From: an uncultured Gammaproteobacteria bacterium
Lineage (GTDB): Bacteria; Patescibacteriota; Patescibacteriia; SBBC01; JACPUP01
NCBI GenBank assembly: GCA_964457305.1
Contig: CAYWEH010000002.1
Span: 1-63,737, forward strand
DNA length: 63,737 bases
Direction: 5' to 3'
This document shows positions 9,756 through 18,677 of this stretch, piece by piece. Every line of letters begins with the position of its first letter. The stretch's first letter is position 1. The position numbers and the translations under genes are program-made. The notes under the pieces are model-generated. The model was given only the letters and a program-made list of their open reading frames with translations. It searched no databases and had not been told where the DNA came from.

Positions 9756-10001
9756 GGCGCTGACGTTCCCATACAAAACCGAATCCACTCGGCAAAAACA
9801 TCGTTTGCTCACTTTGAACGTCAAATATTCATTCTTCTTAGACAGCGCCGTACTTGGACATGGGGGTGCACGTTACGTGTATCACGAAAAGTTATACACA
9901 GGAGCATGCCTCCTTAAAAAAGACGCCACCAAGACCGGCTCTGCGGAAACACAAACAGGAAAAGCGAAGACGAGTTTCAACGCTAATTCCATAAAGAACC
10001 T

Positions 10002-10364
10002 ATGAAGAAGTTCACAAACCTCGCTGTCATCGCTGCCCTGCTCGGCGGGCTGGTCGTCCCAGCCGTCGCCGTCGCGCAGACGTCATTCAGCATCGAGAAC
10101 ATCGGCGGTTCCATCGGGCTCGGCACCTCCGACCTGAAGACGACCGTCATCAATATCATTAAGTGGGTCCTCGGCATCCTCGCCCTCGTGGCGGTCACCC
10201 TCGTCATCTACGGCGGCTTCACCTGGATGACCGCGGCCGGCAATGATGAGCGGATTGACAAGGGCAAGAAGATCATCTCGGCGGCCATCGTCGGTCTGAT
10301 CGTGGTGATTCTCGCCTGGGCCATCGTCATCTTCGTCGCTGGCACGACCCGCAACGTCACCTAG
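10002..10364 (+). CDS. VirB2/TrbC-like pilin-family protein, paralog A
   Basis: 120 aa with a signal peptide ending AVAVA/QTSF, IENIGGSIGLGTSDLK, hydrophobic helix 1, the loop AAGNDERIDKGKK, helix 2, and a C-terminal AGTTRNVT. Confidence 0.8.
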   Translation: MKKFTNLAVIAALLGGLVVPAVAVAQTSFSIENIGGSIGLGTSDLKTTVINIIKWVLGILALVAVTLVIYGGFTWMTAAGNDERIDKGKKIISAAIVGLIVVILAWAIVIFVAGTTRNVT

Positions 10365-10407
10365 CCAGTTCATCACACGGACACCACACGAGAGGGGGTG
10401 ATATCGC

Positions 10408-10767
10408 ATGAAAAAATTCGCAATCACAGCCTCGACCCTTTTTGCGCTCGCGCTGGTCGTCGCTCCGATCGCCGTCGCGCAGACGTCGTTCAGTATTGAG
10501 AACATCGGCGGTTCCGTCGGTTTGGGGACGTCCGACTTGAAACAGACCGTCGTGAACGTCATCCAGTGGGTTCTTGGCATCCTCGCCCTCGTGGCGGTTC
10601 TGATGATCATCGTCGGCGGCTTCCAGTGGATGACCGCGGCCGGCAATGATGAACGGATTGACAAAGCGAAGAAGATTATTTCGGCAGCGGTTATCGGTCT
10701 AATTATCGTGTTGCTCGCCTGGGCCATCGTCATCTTCGTCGCTGGCACGACCGCCAACGTCACTTAG
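10408..10767 (+). CDS. VirB2/TrbC-like pilin-family protein, paralog B (tandem duplicate)
   Basis: 119 aa, roughly 80% identical by eye to paralog A, with long identical nucleotide runs. GAGGGGG lies 8 nt upstream of the ATG. It ends AGTTANVT. Confidence 0.8.
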   Translation: MKKFAITASTLFALALVVAPIAVAQTSFSIENIGGSVGLGTSDLKQTVVNVIQWVLGILALVAVLMIIVGGFQWMTAAGNDERIDKAKKIISAAVIGLIIVLLAWAIVIFVAGTTANVT

Positions 10768-10786
10768 TCACTTGCAGGCATTCTCA

Positions 10787-10860
10787 CCCCGCACCTTTCT
10801 GCAGACGAGCCGGTCCCCGTGATCGACTCGCCCCCGGGAAGGTGCGGGGTTTGTTTTTTC
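10787..10860 (+). terminator. Putative intrinsic terminator after the pilin-like array
   Basis: An 11-bp inverted repeat, ccccgcacctt (10787-10797) / aaggtgcgggg (10839-10849), is followed by tttgttttttc. The 41-nt loop is unusually long. Confidence 0.55.
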
Positions 10861-10885
10861 GTTCATCGTTTGCCACAATGATTGT

Positions 10886-12835
10886 ATGACCACACCATCC
10901 GCGGCCCGACAGCGGCGCTGGCTCGTTACTGCCATGTCGCTGGCCTTCGTCACGCTACTCCTGACCATCACGGTCAAATGGCAACAGTTCGGCTACACCG
11001 GCCTCGACTTAGCCATCTACACGCAAGCCATGGACAACACGCGGCTCGGCCACCCGATGGCCGTGACCATCCATCCGCATTCGTACTTCGGCGACCACGT
11101 CGAACTCATCCTGATCGCCCTCCTGCCCTTCTACGCGCTCATTCCCTCGCCGCTCACCCTCCTCGTCCTCCAAGCGCTCGCCCTCGTGTCGGCGGCGGTA
11201 CCGGTCTGGCTCCTGGCCCGCCGACGCTTCCCCAATGGCCCAATTCCGCTGCTGGCCGCTCTCGCCTATCTTCTCCAGCCGTTCGTCCTCAATACCGCCC
11301 TGTTCGAATTCCATGCGCTCGCCTTGGCCATTCCGCTGATTTTTTGGACGCTGCTCGCGTATGAGGAAAAGCGCTGGCGATGGTTTCTCGTCGGACTCGT
11401 CGGCACCTTGCTCGTCCGAGAGGACACCGCCCTCATCAGTGTCGGTTTTGGGCTGTTGGCGCTGATTGACCGACGGTCACTGCGCTGGATCGTGACGCCG
11501 ATTGCGCTTGGGGCCATCTGGCTCAAATCAATGATGACCGTCACCGGCTACTTCAACCAAGAGGGCACGTACAAATTCGTAAAACTCTACGGCTGGTTGG
11601 GCGATTCGCTGCCGGCCATTTTAAACACGGTGGTGCTGCGGCCTTGGGTGTGGCTGCAACGGGTTTTCGGGCTGACCTCGCTGGTCTCGCTGCTTGGACT
11701 CCTCCTGCCTTTCGCCTACTTGCCGGTCCTCGCACCGCGCGTGCTCCTGACCGCCGCGCTCGCCTTTCTCCAACTCCTCCTGCTCGGACTCGGCGAAAAT
11801 GGGTTGCGCATCCACTACACGGCGCTGTTGCTTCCCTTCCTATTTGTTGCCTCACTCGATGCCCTGGCTCGCATTGCCCACGCGACTCACGGCCGCGTCC
11901 TTCCACTGTTACGGCGCGAATGGCAACTCGGAACTCTCGTCCTCGGTACTATCGTCATCGCCTCATCAATCGTTGTTGGGCCTTATGGCGCCGCCGCACT
12001 TGAACGGTGGCAAGGAGAGCGATCCGTTTCTGCCGAAGACCGGGTTGGATGGTCCCTCCTCGCGACGCTCGACCGGCCGGTCCGAGGCGTCTTTAGCTTC
12101 CGTCCCATCACGCCGCTCGCCCGGAGTCCCGATGTTTACTCGGCGCACTACATTTTCCTCGGCCATCGGCAGTACACCACGAAACCCTACCCGGTCAGCG
12201 ACCGCGTCACGCTCATGCTCCTTGATGACCGAGACCTCCTCACCTTCCAGCTCCTCTACAAAGGGGATGACGACGTTGGCTACGGACGGCTAGCCGCCTT
12301 CCTCAAAGAAAGGCGTTTCGCGCTCGCCCAACAAATTGGCCATCTTCTCCTCTACGATGCGAGCGGGACGGATCCGCGGCCTGTGATCAGCGAGTTGACC
12401 AACGTGCGCCTGAACGACGCGCTAACCCTCACCGCACTTGAACCGGTCGCCCTGACTCGTGAAACAATTGGAGCAGACGAATATTCGGTGGCAACATTCG
12501 GGCTTCGTTGGCGCGCAGAAAAAACCATGGAAGAAAACTTCCAGCTGCGGGTGACGCTCCAAGATGACCGCGGCGAAATACAACAAGAACTCTTCGCCCT
12601 CAACCCGCTGGAGCCAACCCGGACCTGGCAACCGGGGACTGATCACGCCTGGACCTACCGCCCGGTGCTGAACCGCACCCCCATCGGTTCGCTCCAGACA
12701 CGCGTCGAGGTTATTTCCGTCAAGGGTGTCGGCGGCCTCAACGGCCTCCGGAGTATTGTCCCGCGCTATCGTTCGATCCGGCCAATCGGGTCACCCATCG
12801 TCATCCCCACCGCCGCGGGACGTTTCACCCGGTAG
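10886..12835 (+). CDS. DUF2079-family polytopic membrane protein (putative GT-C-like glycosyltransferase)
   Basis: 649 aa. The N-terminus, FGYTGLDLAIYTQAMDNTRLGHPMAVTIHPHSYFGDHVELILIALLP, matches my memory of DUF2079. It has about 11 TM segments and a ~230-aa soluble C-terminal domain. Confidence 0.7.
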   Translation: MTTPSAARQRRWLVTAMSLAFVTLLLTITVKWQQFGYTGLDLAIYTQAMDNTRLGHPMAVTIHPHSYFGDHVELILIALLPFYALIPSPLTLLVLQALALVSAAVPVWLLARRRFPNGPIPLLAALAYLLQPFVLNTALFEFHALALAIPLIFWTLLAYEEKRWRWFLVGLVGTLLVREDTALISVGFGLLALIDRRSLRWIVTPIALGAIWLKSMMTVTGYFNQEGTYKFVKLYGWLGDSLPAILNTVVLRPWVWLQRVFGLTSLVSLLGLLLPFAYLPVLAPRVLLTAALAFLQLLLLGLGENGLRIHYTALLLPFLFVASLDALARIAHATHGRVLPLLRREWQLGTLVLGTIVIASSIVVGPYGAAALERWQGERSVSAEDRVGWSLLATLDRPVRGVFSFRPITPLARSPDVYSAHYIFLGHRQYTTKPYPVSDRVTLMLLDDRDLLTFQLLYKGDDDVGYGRLAAFLKERRFALAQQIGHLLLYDASGTDPRPVISELTNVRLNDALTLTALEPVALTRETIGADEYSVATFGLRWRAEKTMEENFQLRVTLQDDRGEIQQELFALNPLEPTRTWQPGTDHAWTYRPVLNRTPIGSLQTRVEVISVKGVGGLNGLRSIVPRYRSIRPIGSPIVIPTAAGRFTR

Positions 12836-14466
12836 AGAAAAATCGTCTGACCGACATACACCGGTTCAAGAAACGATTTGGTGTTGGGGTCAAACGAGCC
12901 GGTGGATCGTTCTAACGGCCCCCAAAAAACATAGGAAATCCGATTTTGATACAAGAAATTTGCTTGTTCCTCCGGGGATTCCTCGTCACGGAAAAACGCC
13001 TCGACCTGCTGCCGTTTCCGCTCGTAGTCTAAAGTCTCAACCGGATGGCCAACGTAGGTTCGCCGCCCGGTAAAACCAGGGATGACATTGCCGGTCCCCG
13101 CCCGAGCCAAGATGATCGCATCGCCCTCGGTCCGCTTCAGCACATTGAAGGCGTTGGCGTACTCATCCGGCAGATACATCACGAACGGCGCCGTGCGATT
13201 GGTAAGGACAAAATTGATGTCTTGTCCGAGAACGACCGCGTTGGAAAAACCAAACAGAACCAAAAAAGCGAAGGTGAGGGCAATTGGACTATTGGCGAAA
13301 AATGCCGCAAATGATTTTGGCCGTTGTCGCCACCGCGCAAAAACCTCCGCAATGAGATCCGCCGTCAATAACGCGAGCGGGATCGAGAGCCCTTGCGTCA
13401 ACCGCCGCTGAAAGAACAACGGAACGAAAATCAGTATCCCCTGGACGACAATCCAGAGCGCCAGCAGGGAACGCCGCTCATCTCGCCATGTCGAACGTCG
13501 AACAAACATCAACAATGCGGCTAATGCCAGGAAGCCATAACTCTCGAGTACAATATGGAAGGCCGGTGTCGGCAAGACGTTTTGCGCGGCTCGGACAACG
13601 CCGATGGGATTCGTCGTCGCGGCCACATACTGCCAGGCAAACGCAGGCGCGGCAATCACCGCGGCTACCATCATCTGGAGAAGGCACTGAAGCCAAGGGA
13701 CCCGGCGATGGAAACACTCCCATAGACCCCACACCACGATGATGGCCGCGAGTGACGGCGCATGGAACGGGTGGAACGCGAACAGCCACAGGGCGGCTAG
13801 CCCCGCCCCAATGCTATACCGATATCGGCCGGTCCGCCAGGCGAGAACGATACCGGCCAACACGAGCATGAAAAGTATGGTCCCAAAAGTGAAGTGCCCG
13901 GTTTGGTGGAATTGAAGAAAAGGAAACGCTTCCGTCACCCAAAGGTCCATCGGGTAGGTCATGGGGGAAACGCCTTTCGGAAACTGCCCCTCCAAAGGCA
14001 GGGCGAAGTACCCGCCGAGTCCGGAGGCAAAAGCCACGAAGATGAGGGCAATTTTCCGCCGCGAAGGCTCGCGGAAAATGAGCGCCGAGAGTACATACGC
14101 CACGACAATAAACAAAGGAACCATCGCCAGCCGAGCCAGGTGGAAGGCGGCCGGTGGCGACAAGGCAAGCAGTCGCGCGACCCAGCCAACTGGCAGCCAA
14201 AACACATTTAAGTTAAAGGGGGCATGCGGTTCGGAAGTGAACAGATCGGAAAAAACGACCATGCCTTTGGCCGCCTGATCGATGTACGAATAATAGACCG
14301 GATAGTCACCGGGTGAGAGCGTGTGCAGGCCGGTGGCGAAGTACCCGGGAGGTGTCAGAACAACAATGACCACGAGGGACAGCGCGGCCAACGCCACGGC
14401 CACCACCGCAATCTTCCCAACAAACGCCCACTCATTTCTGCCAATCGTTGCCAAGAATGAACGCAT
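12766..14466 (-). CDS. Large polytopic membrane protein, GT-C-like (family unassigned)
   Basis: 566 aa with about 12 TM segments followed by a ~150-aa soluble C-terminal domain. It is the last gene of the minus-strand operon 19747->12766. Its 3' end overlaps the convergent DUF2079 gene by 70 nt. The function is inferred from architecture and context only. Confidence 0.5.
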   Translation of the reverse strand: MRSFLATIGRNEWAFVGKIAVVAVALAALSLVVIVVLTPPGYFATGLHTLSPGDYPVYYSYIDQAAKGMVVFSDLFTSEPHAPFNLNVFWLPVGWVARLLALSPPAAFHLARLAMVPLFIVVAYVLSALIFREPSRRKIALIFVAFASGLGGYFALPLEGQFPKGVSPMTYPMDLWVTEAFPFLQFHQTGHFTFGTILFMLVLAGIVLAWRTGRYRYSIGAGLAALWLFAFHPFHAPSLAAIIVVWGLWECFHRRVPWLQCLLQMMVAAVIAAPAFAWQYVAATTNPIGVVRAAQNVLPTPAFHIVLESYGFLALAALLMFVRRSTWRDERRSLLALWIVVQGILIFVPLFFQRRLTQGLSIPLALLTADLIAEVFARWRQRPKSFAAFFANSPIALTFAFLVLFGFSNAVVLGQDINFVLTNRTAPFVMYLPDEYANAFNVLKRTEGDAIILARAGTGNVIPGFTGRRTYVGHPVETLDYERKRQQVEAFFRDEESPEEQANFLYQNRISYVFWGPLERSTGSFDPNTKSFLEPVYVGQTIFLYRVKRPAAVGMTMGDPIGRIER

Positions 14467-14468
14467 GG

Positions 14469-15149
14469 TTATCGAAAAAGAAGATCAAGAATCATTCGCA
14501 GGTACGCGGCAATGACCGCCGGACTAATTTTACTCTTCCCATACTGGCGGTCCTGAAATTGAAACCCGACCTCGTCGATCCGTTTCGGCTTTCCGCGTAC
14601 GAGCATTTCCAACAGAAGCTTATACCCGCGCGGGTGGAGTTGTAGATGTACCTGGTCGAAAAACGTCCGCTGGACGGCAAAATACCCGCTCATCGGATCG
14701 CGAACCGGAACGCGAAAAAGCAGTCGCGCTACCCCCGTCGCCACCCGGCTCATGAACTGTCGCCAGGCCGGCCACCCGACCATGCCGCCGCCCGGCGCAA
14801 ACCGGGAACCGACCGCCACCGTCGCGCCGGATCGGAGTCGTTCAACCAAGGCCGGAATGATCTCCGGATCATGTGAAAGGTCGGCATCCATGACGACGAG
14901 GAATTGCCCATGCGCGGCCGCAAACCCATCGACCATGGCTGATGCCAGGCCGGATTTCCCAAGACGATGGATGATGCGAAGCGGATACTGGCGGGCCAGA
15001 TCATCAGCCAAGGCACCGGTGCCATCGGGAGAGTTGTCATCCACGACAATCGCTTCCCACGACGCGAGTCGAAGACGAGCAATCGCCGCGAGAAGCTTGG
15101 GCAGGTTCTCCCGCTCGTTATAGGTGGGCAGAATAATGCTAATGTCCAT
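14469..15149 (-). CDS. Polyprenol-monophosphomannose (Dpm1/Ppm1-like) synthase, GT2
   Basis: MDISIILPTYNERENL...VVDDNSPDGTG...GKSGLASAMVDGF...VVMDADLSHDP is the canonical Dpm1-type GT2 pattern. The start was set to the ATG at 15149. Confidence 0.85.
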   Translation of the reverse strand: MDISIILPTYNERENLPKLLAAIARLRLASWEAIVVDDNSPDGTGALADDLARQYPLRIIHRLGKSGLASAMVDGFAAAHGQFLVVMDADLSHDPEIIPALVERLRSGATVAVGSRFAPGGGMVGWPAWRQFMSRVATGVARLLFRVPVRDPMSGYFAVQRTFFDQVHLQLHPRGYKLLLEMLVRGKPKRIDEVGFQFQDRQYGKSKISPAVIAAYLRMILDLLFR

Positions 15150-16422
15150 GGGCGCGGGAAGTGAGCCACCGAGGCGGCCCGGCAATGGCCAACGCGGCAA
15201 GAGTGAAAAAAGTTAAGTACGAAACGTAATTCCAGTTGAAAAAACGAGATAAAAACCAAAACGTAAACGAAAACACGGACGCAGAAATCACCAGCTGGGT
15301 AAGAGAGTTCCGCATTCGCTGTAGATAAAGTAACACGACGAGTAGAGGGCCAGCGATGGCGGCCTGAAGATAGATAATTGGGTAGTAGTCCCAAATACTC
15401 TTAATAATCCCGCTGCTGACCCTGAGATCAGAAATCCCGAACCCGGAAATCGGGTAGCTCGTCGTCAAACTGCCCGCAGGGTACCGATAGATGTCGTCAA
15501 TGAAATCCTTTGGATTCCACAAAAAAAATGGAAGGATGAAGAGCGCGGCTACTCCGGCCGCGATGAAAGTCGGTCGCCACCGACGCCAACCAACCACACC
15601 GCCGTGCCACACAGTGTACGCGACGAAGAACGGCGCGAACATCCAGGCCGACTGCTTCGATGCGCAGGCGAGTCCGAAAAGGATGGCCCCCCAGCTCCAG
15701 CGACCGCGCTGGAAGCACCAGAGCATCCCCGCCATGAAAGTAAAAACGAAAATATCATTATACCCCTGGACAAAGAACTTGATCCAGAAAGGATTCAACG
15801 CGAACAACAAACCGATAAGTAGCCGCCACTCACGACCTCGCGCGAGGCCGATAACGAAAAAAAACGAGACGATCTCCGCGAGCACGTAGACAACGCGCTG
15901 ATCGTACCAACCAGTCAGGTGATTGAGCACGTACGAGAACGGCAACGAAGCGAGAAAATGGAATGGCAAATACACATGGTGCCACCATGCCGGATTCGGA
16001 CGGATGCCGCGTGAAAACCCATCGAGGAACCCGCCAAACGGCATGGACCGGTAATCGGCACTGTACGGATTCTCCCCACGGAGAAAAAACGTGATTGCGT
16101 CTTCCGTCTGAACCGCACCATCGTGAATCCCGCGGGTCGGAACCGTCTTCGCTCGAATAGCCATTTGGTTTACTTCAAGAACGAGGAAGAACACCGAGGT
16201 AACTGCCACCATACACATCGCTCGGTAAAACCACGTTCGACCTGGTGATCCACCTTTCCAAACAAGAAGCAGCGGGACCAGGAGGATGGGACTAAATATG
16301 AACGCCCACCAGGCATGCAATAACACGAAACTCATAATAGCTAATACCGGAAAAAGGAGCGCGCTGGCCCAGGCGATTCGCCGTTCGGAAACATCGTGGG
16401 GGTTGGCGGGGTGTCCAATCAT
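15139..16422 (-). CDS. Polytopic membrane protein, GT-C-like (DUF2029/GT87-like mannosyltransferase candidate)
   Basis: 427 aa with about 10 TM segments. An early loop reads GENPYSADYRS...; NPFWIKFFVQGYNDIFVFTFMAG and LACASKQSAWMFAPFF resemble DUF2029-type enzymes. The assignment is tentative. Confidence 0.5.
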   Translation of the reverse strand: MIGHPANPHDVSERRIAWASALLFPVLAIMSFVLLHAWWAFIFSPILLVPLLLVWKGGSPGRTWFYRAMCMVAVTSVFFLVLEVNQMAIRAKTVPTRGIHDGAVQTEDAITFFLRGENPYSADYRSMPFGGFLDGFSRGIRPNPAWWHHVYLPFHFLASLPFSYVLNHLTGWYDQRVVYVLAEIVSFFFVIGLARGREWRLLIGLLFALNPFWIKFFVQGYNDIFVFTFMAGMLWCFQRGRWSWGAILFGLACASKQSAWMFAPFFVAYTVWHGGVVGWRRWRPTFIAAGVAALFILPFFLWNPKDFIDDIYRYPAGSLTTSYPISGFGISDLRVSSGIIKSIWDYYPIIYLQAAIAGPLLVVLLYLQRMRNSLTQLVISASVFSFTFWFLSRFFNWNYVSYLTFFTLAALAIAGPPRWLTSRAHGH

Positions 16423-16425
16423 GGT

Positions 16426-17067
16426 TTATCCACGCGCTGCACTGATGAGGTGGTACGTTTGCCCAAAATGCCGTTCATGGTGAAGAATGATAAATCCAGC
16501 AGTCATCAGTTCTTGCTGCAGCACCCGATCCGTAAATCCGGGCGTATGCAAATCCTGCCAGACCGCACCGCGCGAGCGCGTCCAAACCCACCACACCGCG
16601 TTGAAGATCCGCCCAGTCGGTATGGTTATCAGAAACACGCCGCCCGGCCGCAACACGCGTCGCACCTCACGCAGCAATGGGAAAACGTCAGAGAGGTGTT
16701 CGAGGACGTCGAAGGCGGTGACGAGATCGAAGTGACTCGATGGGAATGCCAACGGCTGGGTGATATCAGCGACCTCAAGGTGCAGCGTTGGACGATGCTG
16801 ACGCCCGTAGGCAATCGCGCTTTCGGAAAAATCGAGTCCAGTCACTTCCGCCCCGGTCCACGTCGCCAGGTACGACGTCAACCACCCGCTATGGCATCCG
16901 AGATCGAGAATGTGTGATGGTCTGCGGGGGAGGCGACGGAGCGCCCGCTGCAATAAACGCAACCGGCCGCGGTGCCAGAACCGTTGCCAGATGTTCGTCC
17001 GCATGCCGGTCTCATAATACTCGGCCGGCACGGCTTCATGCAGATGGTGTCGGTCCTGGCTATCCAT
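16426..17067 (-). CDS. Class I SAM-dependent methyltransferase
   Basis: Motif I ILDLGCHSGW, then GLDFSESAI...FDLVTAFDVLEHL...LRPGGVFLITIP. The start was trimmed to MDSQDRHH (17067). Confidence 0.8.
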   Translation of the reverse strand: MDSQDRHHLHEAVPAEYYETGMRTNIWQRFWHRGRLRLLQRALRRLPRRPSHILDLGCHSGWLTSYLATWTGAEVTGLDFSESAIAYGRQHRPTLHLEVADITQPLAFPSSHFDLVTAFDVLEHLSDVFPLLREVRRVLRPGGVFLITIPTGRIFNAVWWVWTRSRGAVWQDLHTPGFTDRVLQQELMTAGFIILHHERHFGQTYHLISAARG

Positions 17068-17075
17068 AGCAGAAC

Positions 17076-18677
17076 TCACAAAGCCGCGGGCACACGGTAG
17101 ACGGTTGCGTCCGCATCTCCATAGACCTGTTCTAACGCGGGTTCGTTCTTGACTAACCGTTCCATGGCGGTGTGGTCGCGATCGACGAACACGTACCCGG
17201 CGTCGAGTTCGCGCAGGCCAGCGAGCAGCGGCTTGGCGTACACGCCGGTCGTGATGTCCACCCACGTCCGGTAACGAGCCGGGTCGGCGGTGTAAAGGAA
17301 CGTTGCGTCGAGACCGGCCAGGTACCGTGACCGGTCGTTGTAGTAAAAAAGAACGGGAAACTCATCCCAATCGCTGTGCACGACGATGACGTCGGGCGGG
17401 GCGTGATCGCGCAGCCAGCGCATCGCTCCAGCGTACTGCGTCTGGCGGAACCCCTGGCGAAGATCGCCATGTTGCGTTACGAGGTCGCGGACAACGACGG
17501 TCGGCAGGAGGATGGCCAGGTAGACGACAAGGATCACCGACGGGATGAACGTCCGCCAACGGGCGACCACCGGCCGCACCCGCGTCCGAAATTCGCGATC
17601 GAGACGACGGCCTTTCCAGGCGTCGCTATACACCGACAAGACAAAGAACATGCCCATCGGCACGTAGTACTCGACGTAGCGCCGTGATTTCACGGTCACG
17701 GCAAAAAAAAGGAGCGTCAGAAGCAAAAGGACCAGCGATCGACGCGACTGCTTCGCGAACGTCAAGGCATACGTGAAAAAGGCGACCAGGAGCGGAATCG
17801 TTAAGACAATGGTGTTCGTCAGTAATTCGATCGGCTGGTACGGGTACCACTCGCCGCCAACGCCAATGACCTGCCGGTAGTTCACGACGCCGACCTGGAT
17901 GAATTGATGAAAGAAAAAGGCCAGATTGTCTGGAAAGAAGGGATTGATCACCACGCCGAGAACAAGACCAACCGTGGCGGCCAGCAGCAGGTTGAGCGCG
18001 TGCGGCAGGCTCGACCGGCGCCGGAGGTGCGTGGCCGGGAAGAGTCGGGTGAGAATGCCGTCCGCCTGCCGATGTCGCTCGATCGCATCACCCATGACGG
18101 ACGCTCCAACGAACAGCGCCGCGGCCACAAAGACCAACGGAAACCCGTTATGCGACCAGACATACAAAAAGCCCACGACGGCCAACAATTTCGGACGGTA
18201 AGCGAAGAGCGCGTAGCACGCGACCAGGAGTAGGATCAGGGCAAACGCATTACCCTTGGCCAACCCGAGCCGAAAGGTGAGCGGGGTGATAAACAGCAAC
18301 AACAGACTGCCAACGAAAGCGTGGGAGATGTGCAACCCCCGCATGACGTAGTAAAAAACCAACAGAAAACCGACGGCCAGGGCAACCGTCGCGATCTTCA
18401 GGCCCACGAGCGGATCGGGGTAACTGACAAAGGGAATAAGCAACACATGGTAGAGGAAGTGCTGATCCGCGTAATGACGGGCGAGCTCGGTATACGGCAG
18501 CCACGGGAAAGACTGGACCACCCCCCGATCACGGATGAGCTGCGCCATCTTCGCGTGGTAGAAACTGTCCGGATCGGCGAACATCGGGCTGGCCAGCTGA
18601 ACGACAAAGAGGGCGACCGTCAACACGACTAGGGTCAGCGGCTGCCCCCACTCGCCCCAAGCGCCAGTTCGTTTCAT
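17076..18677 (-). CDS. Large polytopic membrane protein, GT-C-like (family unassigned)
   Basis: 533 aa. The acidic motif FADPDSFYHAKMAQ follows directly after TM1, the position where PMT/ArnT/STT3-type GT-C enzymes carry catalytic acidic residues. It has about 11 TM segments and a ~130-aa soluble C-terminus. Confidence 0.5.
   Translation of the reverse strand: MKRTGAWGEWGQPLTLVVLTVALFVVQLASPMFADPDSFYHAKMAQLIRDRGVVQSFPWLPYTELARHYADQHFLYHVLLIPFVSYPDPLVGLKIATVALAVGFLLVFYYVMRGLHISHAFVGSLLLLFITPLTFRLGLAKGNAFALILLLVACYALFAYRPKLLAVVGFLYVWSHNGFPLVFVAAALFVGASVMGDAIERHRQADGILTRLFPATHLRRRSSLPHALNLLLAATVGLVLGVVINPFFPDNLAFFFHQFIQVGVVNYRQVIGVGGEWYPYQPIELLTNTIVLTIPLLVAFFTYALTFAKQSRRSLVLLLLTLLFFAVTVKSRRYVEYYVPMGMFFVLSVYSDAWKGRRLDREFRTRVRPVVARWRTFIPSVILVVYLAILLPTVVVRDLVTQHGDLRQGFRQTQYAGAMRWLRDHAPPDVIVVHSDWDEFPVLFYYNDRSRYLAGLDATFLYTADPARYRTWVDITTGVYAKPLLAGLRELDAGYVFVDRDHTAMERLVKNEPALEQVYGDADATVYRVPAAL

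Noticed and set aside
8206-10767. Calling the locus a type IV secretion system or conjugative element on the basis of the VirB2/TrbC-like genes.
   Set aside because: No VirB4, VirB6, VirB8-11, VirD4, relaxase or oriT-like sequence exists anywhere in the 63.7 kb. The flanking genes are glycosylation and housekeeping genes.
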